From positions 1 to 11,447 of the forward strand of contig NW_021826976.1 in NCBI RefSeq assembly GCF_006345805.1: a stretch of 11,447 bases of DNA, in the 5' to 3' direction. Both the position numbers and the translations under genes were made by a program. This DNA is from Octopus sinensis. Taxonomy: Eukaryota. This document shows, piece after piece, positions 1-7,685 of this stretch. Under the pieces are notes generated by a model that was given only the letters and a program-made list of their open reading frames with translations, had not been told where the DNA came from and did no database searches. The first letter of the stretch is position 1, and the number at the start of each line of letters is the position of its first letter.

Positions 1-128
1 GGCGAATGTCTTCATGACATTTTGTTAATCTTTACGTTCTAAGTTCGAACTCTGCTTGGTCAACTTTGCTTTTTGTCCTTCAATGATTGATAAAATATGT
101 ACCAGTTGAACATTGAGGTCTATATAAT
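1..128 (+). mobile_element. Diverged family A SINE fragment, 5' end cut by the window edge
   Basis: ggcgaatg..gttctaagttcgaactc..ggtcaactttgctttttgtccttc..gataaaatatgtaccagttgaacattgaggtc aligns colinearly with the family A copies at 3157-6477. Confidence 0.7.
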
Positions 129-130
129 GC

Positions 131-196
131 ACACATATATATATATATACATACACACACACATAAACTCACATATATCTATATATATGTGTATAT
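131..196. repeat. Compound (TA)n/(CA)n microsatellite
   Basis: Visible directly in the sequence. Confidence 0.9.
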
Positions 197-466
197 CGTT
201 GCTATTATGTTAAAATGTCGTATGTCCAAATTTGGTTAAACTTTTCAATATTTCTTTCTGTTTGCAATAGCCGGTCTTTTGGTTAAACTGCTGCATCTGC
301 AGCTGCTTCAGATGCCGAAGATATCATAAATTGTCGAAGTGTAGTACAACGGCTTTGCTATGGAATGGTGAAACTATTTTTTCGTTTTCTGAAAATGGAG
401 CATTTTGGACTTCCAACACTTTTACATAAGAGCAACTATATATACATGTATGTATATACACACCTA

Positions 467-739
467 TCACTGTAGCGAGCAGACTATGCTATGTTGTTAC
501 ACACCGATGGTCACAGTGAGATTCCGCATGTTGTTGTAGATTTCAAACAATGCCACTCCGCTGGCGTATAAGTGACAGAAACCACATTTTCCCGCTAAAT
601 CAGACAAAAACTCACAAAAACTCATTTACACGTGAGTGGACTAGAGCAACGCAACAGAGCACACCTCCCGCTTCAGGTATCGAAACCATGAACTTGCGAT
701 CGTGAGTGCAACAGCCTACCACTAAGTCACGCGCTTTCA
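467..739 (-). mobile_element. tRNA-derived CORE-type SINE, diverged, with an internal deletion
   Basis: Minus strand starts tgaaagcgcg-TGACTTAGTGG (A box) ... GGTTTCGATACC (B box), followed by a CORE-like block gttgctctagtccactcacgtgtaaatgag. The 3' boundary is inferred from the adjoining microsatellite and a recalled family tail. Confidence 0.75.
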
Positions 740-1037
740 CTAACTATCCTACAATAATTCTGCTTTTTCGTCCGTTACTTAGCCCGTCCGTAATGCTTCC
801 AGGTGATTAGGTGAGGGAGGTTGGGAGAGGAGAGAGAAGGCGAAGAAAAATAGGGGAACGGAAAGGAGTAGGAGGACGACGTGGTGGTGTGTGAAATGAG
901 CATTTTGTTTTATCTAAATTTGTTCCTCCGTTACTTAGCCCGTTTGTGACGCTTTCGCGTGATTAGACGAAGGGAAAGGTGATGAGACTGCTGTGTATTA
1001 AGTACATAAAGCTGTGCATAAAGTATTGTTGAGTTGT

Positions 1038-1222
1038 GACCCCCTTCGATCATGAATGACCAAGGGATTGCACCTAGAAAGTTCCCCTGCGAGACACAAG
1101 TTTGGGCAAGGTTGTTGATGGAAGACCATGCATACCAGCCTCCCCTCTCCACGCCACCGATGTTATCCAAGGGAAAGGCAAAGGCCGATACAACTTGGCA
1201 CGAGTGACGTCGCAGCTCATTT
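1038..1222 (-). mobile_element. 3' half and tail of a CORE-type SINE (family E); 3' part of a chimeric element
   Basis: Minus strand aaatgagctgcgacgtcactcgtgccaag...ggtgcaatcccttggtcattcatgatcgaagggggtc. It begins at the same CORE-end motif (aaatgag) seen in the 467-739 SINE. Family assignment is from recalled octopus repeats. Confidence 0.65.
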
Positions 1223-1535
1223 ATTAACGTTCAAGTGGCTGAGCATTCCACAGACACGTGTACCCTTAACGTAGATCTCGGGGGAAATTCAACGTGACAC
1301 AGAGTGTGACAAGGCTAACCCTTTGAAGTACAGGTACAACAGAAACAGGAAGAAAGAGCGAGAGAAAGTTGTGGTGAAAGAGTACAGCAGGGTTCACCAC
1401 CACACCCTGCCGGAGCCTCATGGAGCTTTAGGTGTTTTCGCTCAATAAACACTCACAATCCCCGGTCTGGGAATCGCAACCGCGGTCCTACGACCGCGAG
1501 TCCGCTGCCCCAACCACCGGGCCATTGCGCCTCCA
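1223..1535 (-). mobile_element. tRNA-derived SINE head and body (family D), lacking its usual tail
   Basis: Minus strand tggaggcgcaa-TGGCCCGGTGG (A box)-ttggggcagcggactcgcggtcgtaggaccgc-GGTTGCGATTCC (B box)-cagaccggg, a tRNA-like head, followed by a unique body ending ..cttgaacgttaat. Confidence 0.8.
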
Positions 1536-2228
1536 AGCGTAAAGTATATAAAGTGTATATATAAAGTGCATTAAGTCATCATCGTATTCCAACTTCTTTC
1601 ACTAAACTTACAGGTTTTGTGGATAAAGTTTTCAGAAATAACCCAATAAGATAACCATTAATTCCGTGAAATATTCACCGGCCCCGCTAGTTCCTATCAA
1701 CCTACGAATATGCAAGATGGAAAATAGTTTGAAAACAATGGATTCTAAAGTACTTTATCGAAACGTGAAATCCAGTGAAAATCTATGAAATATTCTACCA
1801 GATTCCCTTCTCCTAAGTAATACAAAAAATAAACGCCAAAAGAAAAAAAAATTTTTTTTTTTAAAAGCAAAACCCCTCGCAAATAGTCAAAACTACCATT
1901 TGAACAGACTGATCGTTACGAAACATTAAAAAAAGACAAAACAAAGGTTGCATCACGTGTTCGCTCCCTCGTAGTATTTTCTACATTTATGTTCTCTTTC
2001 AAGCGTGACAATACGCGTAATTGTTTCCACACGTGTGTAGGTGGATGTAATAAGGTCATGTGTCACAGAGCACCCCTTCCACAACAACCTTTCCACCCGC
2101 CCACATCTACCATCACCCTGCTCTCTTACCGTTTTATTTTGCTCTCGTAACACAAAATAAAAGATCCCTTAAAGGGTGAGGTTCACTTTTTTGTTCTTCA
2201 GTCTTTATACCATATTTGTGCGTATGCA

Positions 2229-2298
2229 TCTATTCATATATATATATATATATAGATATATATATATATATTATATATAATATATATATGCATGTATG

Positions 2299-2331
<33 letters not shown>

Positions 2332-2420
2332 GTAACACACATGCATACATATATACATATATGCACACGCACATTATATACATATATCTCTGTGTGTATA
2401 TAGATTTACACACGGTTAAA
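2229..2420. repeat. Compound (TA)n/(TATG)/(CA) microsatellite
   Basis: Visible directly; explains ORF 2292..2510. Confidence 0.9.
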
Positions 2421-2559
2421 TATTATATAAAAAAAATTATTGTTCTTTACCTTTGTATGACCGTATGTCCTCCTCCCGCAATGCATTTTCTTTTTCTTTG
2501 TAACAAATGAACATTAACTAATAAACACATAAGCTTACAAATAAGGAAATTAGTGGACA

Positions 2560-2847
2560 CACTGACACACTAACACAGACACGCACATACATATGAACAC
2601 ACTACCACCCACCCATATACACACACGGACACACACACCAACACCCACACATAAATGTATATGTATTTCAGCGTCGGTCTGTCTGTCTGTTCGTATAATA
2701 TATATAATTGATATATGTGTGTGTGTGTGTGTGTGTATATGTGTTTATATATATATATATATATAATATATATATAATATATATATATGTATGTATGTGA
2801 GTATGTATGTATGTATGTATGTATGTAACGTATTTATGTATGTATAT

Positions 2848-2881
<34 letters not shown>

Positions 2882-2915
2882 ATTTACGTTTACATATGGA
2901 TATGTATATCTATCT
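2560..2915. repeat. CA-rich, (TG)n, (TA)n and (TATG)n microsatellite block
   Basis: Visible directly; explains most of ORF 2791..3009. Confidence 0.85.
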
Positions 2916-3156
2916 GTCTATCGCCGCCGCTAACAAGTTGAACTTCCATAAGCCTTCACCTTGGGCAGAGAGGAGACTGTTTAATCCACCATTTGAACTC
3001 ACACGATAAGCAACAATAGACAACAATAATGAACAAAAACCACAACATCACCAACAACAACCAAAACAACAACATCCACACAAATAAAAGACACTAACAA
3101 GAACATAATCAGAATGTTTCTTCCACGTTATAATTATCTGAGTATTGTTAAGGTAG

Positions 3157-3379
3157 AAGGCTGTGTGCTGGCAGAAACGTTAGCGCTCTGTTAGAAATGC
3201 TTAGCGGTATTTCGTCCGTACGAACGTTCTGAGTTCAAATTCCGCTGAGTTCGACTTTACTTTTGATCCTTTCTGTGTCAATGATTTAAGTACCAGTGAA
3301 ACACTGGGGTCGCTGTAATCGAATAGTCCCCTCCACCAAAATTTCAGGCCTTGTGCCTTTAGCAAAAAGGTTTATTATT
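3157..3379 (+). mobile_element. Family A tRNA-derived SINE monomer
   Basis: aaggc..gc-TGGCAGAAACGTTAGC (A-box-like), hairpin gaaatgc-ttagcg-gtatttc, B box gaGTTCAAATTCC, central domain gactttacttttgatcctttc..aagtaccag..ctggggtcg, tail aaatttcaggccttgtgcc..(ATT). Confidence 0.85.
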
Positions 3380-3960
3380 AAGGTGGTGAGCTGCCAGAAT
3401 CGTTAGCATGCCGGGCGAAATGCTTTGTAGTATTTCGTCCGCTGCTGCTTTCTGAGTTCAAATTCCGCCGAGGTCAACTTTGCCTTTCATCCTTTCGGGA
3501 TCGATAAATTAAGCACCAGTTATGCACTGGTGTCGATGTAATCGACTTAATCCGTTTGTCTGTCTTTGTTTGTCTCTTCTCTGTGTTTAGCCCCTTGTGG
3601 GTAGTAAAGAAATAGGTATTTCGTCTGCCGCTACATTCTGAGTTCAAATTCCGCCGAGGTCGACTTTGTGTTTCATCCTTTCGGGGTCGATTAAATAAGT
3701 ACCAGTTACGCACTGGGGTCCATATAATCGACTTAATCCGTTTGTTTGTCCTTGTTTGTCCTCTCTGTGTTTAGCCCCTTGTGGGTAGTAACGAAATAGG
3801 TATTTCGTCCGTGTGTACGTTGCGAGTTCAAATTCTGTCGAGGTCGACTTTGCTCCTTTTATCCTTTCGGAGTCGATGAAATAAGTACCAGGTGAGGCTG
3901 GAGGTTGATGGGATCGTTTAGGCCCCTTCCACCTGGTTGCAGGCCTTGTAAGTAATTATA
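3380..3960 (+). mobile_element. Family A SINE with a 3-unit internal tandem array (period 184-186 bp)
   Basis: One head at 3380; the anchor tatttcg recurs at 3431, 3617 and 3801. Each unit carries the B box and the central domain. A degenerate tail aggccttgt lies at about 3941. Confidence 0.9.
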
Positions 3961-4256
3961 AGTTACCTAAAACTGATGGCGTCATTTTTGTTAGTTGCTA
4001 TTCATGTTTTATCCCAAGTCATCCTTGAGTGTACCAGGATTCTTATAAAACATAAAAGAGAGTATTGCATCCTTGGTTCCCCATCCTTCTGTATATAAGC
4101 ATCATGTATAAGGATCGCATCATCCAGTTTCTCATTTCACTTTATAATGCAGGACAGTGTTATTCGAAGGGTATCTGTTTACTATTTCTGCTCGGCCAGT
4201 GACCACCTATATCGTCATCGGTGGCTGCTTGTTGGTATTGACATTATCATTGTAAT

Positions 4257-4462
4257 GACGGCGGCCTGGCAGAATTGTTAGCATGCCGAGTAAAATCCTT
4301 AACTGTATTTCGTCCGAGTTCTTAGCGCCGAGGTCGACTTTCCATTTCATCATACCGGAGTCGATAAAATAAGTACCAGTTGGATACTGGGGTCGCTATA
4401 ATCAAATTTTTACTCTCCCCGATATTTGTGGTCTTGTGCCAAAATTTAAAATTATTATTATT
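4257..4462 (+). mobile_element. Family A SINE monomer, diverged, B-box region partly deleted
   Basis: ggcggcctggcagaattgttagcatgccg..gtatttcgtccg..gccgaggtcgactttcc..gataaaataagtaccagttggatactggggtcg..ggtcttgtgcc..(ATT)n. Confidence 0.8.
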
Positions 4463-5060
4463 TTAGTGAAAGAGCAATGCCTGCCATCAAAACACTGGGA
4501 TACAAATATACGAAGCCCAATATACCTGCCATGATTACTCGTCAGCTAAGGGTACACCAGTACATGCATTGCAACCATATATACGTGACATGGTGATCTC
4601 ATAGCAACATTCACAGCACATGACCTTCCAGGTGAGGCCCAGTTAGAATTTTCCTCAGGTCGAGTGACTTACCCCGCTCAAAAGGTCCCTGAATTTCCTC
4701 AGGTCGAGTGGCTTACCCCGCTCAAAAGGTCCCTGAATAAAGTTTGTTTGAGGATTAGAAATGAAACCATAGAGTTTCCAGAATTGCATTTTTCAAATAC
4801 CAAATAATTCTGTTCGACGCAAGGCTGTGATGCGCCTCCACTAATTCTGCTCATGATCAGAGATGCACATATCGTCAGCCAATAAGGGACATGCTAAACT
4901 CGTTAAGGTCAAGCAATAAACAAGCAAATCTGTGTTATTGAGCAGAATATATACTGTAGGCCATCTTTTACACCAAGACGAAACATCTTCATGAAAACAT
5001 ATCCAATCAGTTAAGATCAGAAGCCATGAAAGCTACTGCCTGGTACTGTATCAGGGCATT
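4463..5060 (-). mobile_element. Family B element, copy 1 (about 600 bp, non-coding, (AAT)n-tailed retroposon-like)
   Basis: Colinear along its whole length with 5495-6050 (roughly 80% by eye). Minus strand starts aatgccctgat and ends ..gctctttcact followed by (AAT)n. Contains a private 44-bp tandem duplication. Confidence 0.8.
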
Positions 5061-5063
5061 ATT

Positions 5064-5280
5064 GCTGGCAGAATCGTTAGCACGCTAGGCGAAATGTTTA
5101 GCGGTATTTCGTAGGCCGCTACGTTCTGAATTCAAATTCCGCTGAGGTCAACTTTGACTTTTATCTTTTCGGGGTCGATAGATTAAGCACCTGTTACGCA
5201 CTGGGGTCAATGTAATCGACCTATCCCCTACCCCCAACTTTCAGGATTTGTGCCTATAGTAGAACAGATTATTGTTATTA
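5064..5280 (+). mobile_element. Family A SINE monomer
   Basis: gctggcagaatcgttagcacgctaggcgaaatgtttagcggtatttcg..gaattcaaattccgctgaggtcaactttg..cactggggtcaatgtaatcgacc..tttcaggatttgtgcc..attattgttatta. Confidence 0.88.
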
Positions 5281-5283
5281 TTT

Positions 5284-5450
5284 TCATTTCGCCCATCTTT
5301 CATTCTGGGTTAAAATTTCGCTGGGCTCGACTTAGCCATTTGGCCTTTCGGGGTTGATAAATTAGCTACCAGTCAAGTACTGTGTCCATGTTATCGACGA
5401 TCCCGCTCCCCACAAATTCCAGGTCTTGTGTACGGATTATTATTATTATG
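5284..5450 (+). mobile_element. 5'-truncated, diverged family A SINE
   Basis: catttcgccc..ctgggttaaaatttcgctgggctcgacttagcc..cctttcggggttgataaattagctaccagtc..atcgac..aaattccaggtcttgtg..(ATT)n. Confidence 0.75.
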
Positions 5451-5494
5451 ATCATCATCATCATCATCATCATTATTATTATTATTATTATTAT
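5436..5494. repeat. (ATT)n/(ATC)n microsatellite shared by convergent A and B tails
   Basis: Visible directly. Confidence 0.9.
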
Positions 5495-6050
5495 TGAGTG
5501 AGAGAGCAGTTCATGCCATCAAAGTGACACTGGGGTAAAATATACGAAGCCCAATATACCCATCATGACTACCCGTCTGATAAAGGTACACCAGGCACAT
5601 GCATCACAACCATATATGCGCGACATAGTGATCTCATATCAAGATAAACGCACATGACCTTGCAGGTGGGGCCCAGTTAGAATTTTCTTCAGGTTGAGGA
5701 GCCCATCCTGCTCAAACGGTCCCTGAATAAGGGTTGTTTAAGGATGTTGAAGAACCACCCATGTTTCCAGAGGTGAACTATTCAAACCCCAAAGAATCCC
5801 TCTCAACACATGGCTATGATGCTCCCCACACTAATTCTGCTCGTGATCAGAGATGCACATATCGTCAGCCACTAAGGGACATGCTCAACTGGTTATGGTC
5901 AAACAACTGACAAGCAAATCTGTGGTATTGAGCAGAATATTTGCTGTAGCCCATCTTTTATACCAAGACAAAACAATGTCATGATAACACTTCCAATCAG
6001 TTAAGATCAGAAGCCATGAGAGCCACTGCCTGGTACTGCATCAGGGCATT
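5495..6050 (-). mobile_element. Family B element, copy 2 (about 556 bp)
   Basis: Minus strand aatgccctgatgcagtaccaggcagtggc...gctctctcactc followed by (AAT)n. Its 5' boundary is the same nucleotide as in copy 1. Confidence 0.85.
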
Positions 6051-6150
6051 TATAATTATTATTATTATTATATTATTATATTATTATTATTATTATTATT
6101 ATATTATTATTATTATTATTTTTATATTATTATTGTTGTTGTTGTTGTTG

Positions 6151-6184
<34 letters not shown>

Positions 6185-6260
6185 CATTATTATTATTTAT
6201 TATTGTTGTTGCTATTATTATTATTATTATTATTATTACTATTATTATTATCATCATTAT
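6051..6260. repeat. Long (ATT)n/(GTT)n microsatellite
   Basis: Visible directly; explains ORF 6016..6309 (poly-I/Y/L). Confidence 0.95.
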
Positions 6261-6261
6261 C

Positions 6262-6477
6262 AAAGCGGTGAGTTGGTCGAATCGTTACTTCGCCGGACAA
6301 AACGCTTAGCAGCATTTCTTCCGTCTTTGTGTTCTGAGTTTAAATTCTCCAGAGTTTCTCTTTATCTTTCATCCTTTCGTAGTTCATAAAATACTGGTGC
6401 CAAAGTAATCGATTAGGCCCGGCCCTCAACCCCGATAAAATTTCAGGCCTTGTGCGTATGTAGAGAGAATCATTATT
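6262..6477 (+). mobile_element. Family A SINE monomer, diverged, internal deletion
   Basis: aaagcggtgagttggtcgaatcgtta..gcttagcagcatttc..ttctgagtttaaattc..tttcatcctttcg..gtaatcga..aaaatttcaggccttgtgcg..cattatt. Confidence 0.8.
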
Positions 6478-6608
6478 GTTGTTCTTGTTGTTGTTACTGT
6501 CGCTTTGAAGTTGATTATTCCCAGAGCAAGGGTGACAAGAAATGACCCCCAACCACCACTCCACCAAGATAGACGTTCCAGCCGTAAACATCCCATCTTT
6601 AATTCGGA

Positions 6609-6727
6609 ATATATAGCCATATCACTTTGAAAACATCGGTTTTCGTCTGATCATCGAAGTTAAGCAACGTCGAGCCTGGTTAGTACTTAGATGGGTGACC
6701 GCTTGGGAAACCTAGGTGCTGTAAGCT
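6609..6727 (+). pseudogene. 5S rRNA: Full-length (119 nt) 5S rRNA-derived copy, probably a retroposed pseudogene or SINE3 head
   Basis: Ungapped 119-nt alignment to metazoan 5S (about 90/119 versus human 5S as recalled; several differences match invertebrate 5S as recalled). Box A agttaagcaacgtcg sits at +50 (6658) and box C tagatgggtgaccgc at +80 (6688); cctggttagtactt is invariant. Helix I has mismatches and there is no oligo-T terminator at the 3' end. Confidence 0.93.
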
Positions 6728-6790
6728 AAAGGCGGTGCTCCAGCATGGCTGCAGTCAAATGACTGAAACAAGTAAAAGTGTAAAAGAGTA
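6728..6790 (+). mobile_element. Family C SINE 3' tail fused to the 5S copy
   Basis: aaaggcggtgctccagcatggctgcagtcaaatgactgaaacaagtaaaagtgtaaaagag is nearly identical to the tails at about 8910-8968 and 10675-10735. Confidence 0.92.
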
Positions 6791-7094
6791 ACCGAGGATT
6801 GATATTTCCCGTGTTTCCATTTCCTTTGAACTGAATGAAATACGATGAAATTTCAGAAAGATTTCACTACTATTACTAGCAGGTCTTACGACCACATAGA
6901 GGCAAAAACCCAAAAAAAAAAAAAAAAGAGTAAAAAAATCACTTCCTGATTTACTAAGTTTAATGTTAGCAGCTGACGTCACCGACAGAATCGTAACATG
7001 AGGCGAGATAATGTCTTTTGTAGAGGACTACAATACGTGGATGTTTGGTGTTATTGTGTCCAGAAACCACGGCAACCGCAGCGGGCAGCAACGA

Positions 7095-7134
7095 TAACAA
7101 CAACAACAACAACAACAACAGTAACAACTACAAC
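7095..7134. repeat. (AAC)n microsatellite
   Basis: Visible directly. Confidence 0.9.
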
Positions 7135-7346
7135 ATATTAGTTAGTCTCTGGTTCAATCGTCGACAATGACTGCCGTAACAAAAGAGATTGAACGTAGCT
7201 GTGCTTCTTTTATACCGTTCAGTGTAAGAACATGATTTGTATTAAAATATGCACACCCACATACACGTGTCCGCTAATGTGCGCACAAGAAAACTCACCT
7301 GCTTACGTTTAGCGAGCGTGATTACATGTGTAGAAATAAATATAAA

Positions 7347-7352
7347 TACACA

Positions 7353-7404
<52 letters not shown>

Positions 7405-7685
7405 ACACACACACACACAAACACACTCACACACACACACACACAAACACACACACGCGCGGGTATACATAAACATTAATATATATATTATGTGTGTGGG
7501 TATGTATGTATGCATGTGTGTGTATACATATATATGTGTGTATATATATTATATACACACACACACACGCATATATATATATATAGGCATCTATATATGT
7601 GTGTGCATATATATATATATGCATATATACATACATATATACATATATATATATGTGTGTGTGTGTGTGTATGTATATATATATA
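7347..7685. repeat. Compound (CA)n/(TA)n/(TG)n microsatellite
   Basis: Visible directly; explains the six overlapping ORFs between 7242 and 7705. Confidence 0.95.

Larger units (their letters stand above)
747..1690 (+). mobile_element. Non-autonomous Helitron, about 435-445 bp native length, interrupted by a SINE at about 1027-1536
   Basis: The 3' end has the Helitron signature: hairpin ccgtgaa-ata-ttcac(c)gg at 1664-1681, then CTAG at 1687-1690 followed by T. A candidate 5' A|TC junction lies at 746/747 (tcctacaataattctgc..gtccgt). No TSD. The 5' end is less certain than the 3' end. Confidence 0.6.

Noticed and set aside
811-875. G-quadruplex in the purine-rich tract
   Set aside because: Only three runs of three or more G, with long loops; not a canonical G4.
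978-1030. gtgatgag as a hammerhead core
   Set aside because: C3 is missing, and there is no stem II or downstream GAAA.
931-1170. 79-aa minus-strand ORF
   Set aside because: It runs through a SINE tail and Helitron sequence, with no recognisable domain.
467-1535. tRNA genes at the heads near 739 and 1535 (also 10323 and 11375)
   Set aside because: A and B boxes are present, but there is no complete cloverleaf and the sequence continues into SINE bodies.
2132-2162. 10-bp hairpin ttttattttg/caaaataaaa; also the A9-T12 palindrome near 1842-1862
   Set aside because: Low-complexity AT stems are expected by chance and these are too short for a pre-miRNA.
2920-3009. Possible exon between microsatellite blocks
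   Set aside because: Short open frames on both strands, but no clear splice-site pair and no recognisable peptide.
3431-3960. Regularly spaced repeats suggesting a CRISPR array
   Set aside because: Units are ~185 bp with near-identical linkers rather than unique spacers; eukaryotic SINE context and no cas genes.
6026-6048. Family B 5' hairpin (minus strand cctg-atgcagtac-cagg) resembling U2 snRNA stem-loop IV
   Set aside because: The similarity is limited to about 15 nt, with no other U2 sequence or Sm site.
6016-6309. 97-aa hydrophobic ORF resembling a membrane protein
   Set aside because: It is a translation of the (ATT)n/(GTT)n microsatellite.
6609-6727. Functional 5S rRNA gene
   Set aside because: No oligo-T terminator, an internal TTTT, helix I and II mismatches, a fused SINE tail and no tandem array; called a pseudogene/chimera instead.
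7293-7301. Perfect minus-strand donor CAG|GTGAGT
   Set aside because: No convincing upstream acceptor or reading frame before the (TG)n tract; an isolated 9-mer is insufficient, although a non-coding first exon cannot be excluded.
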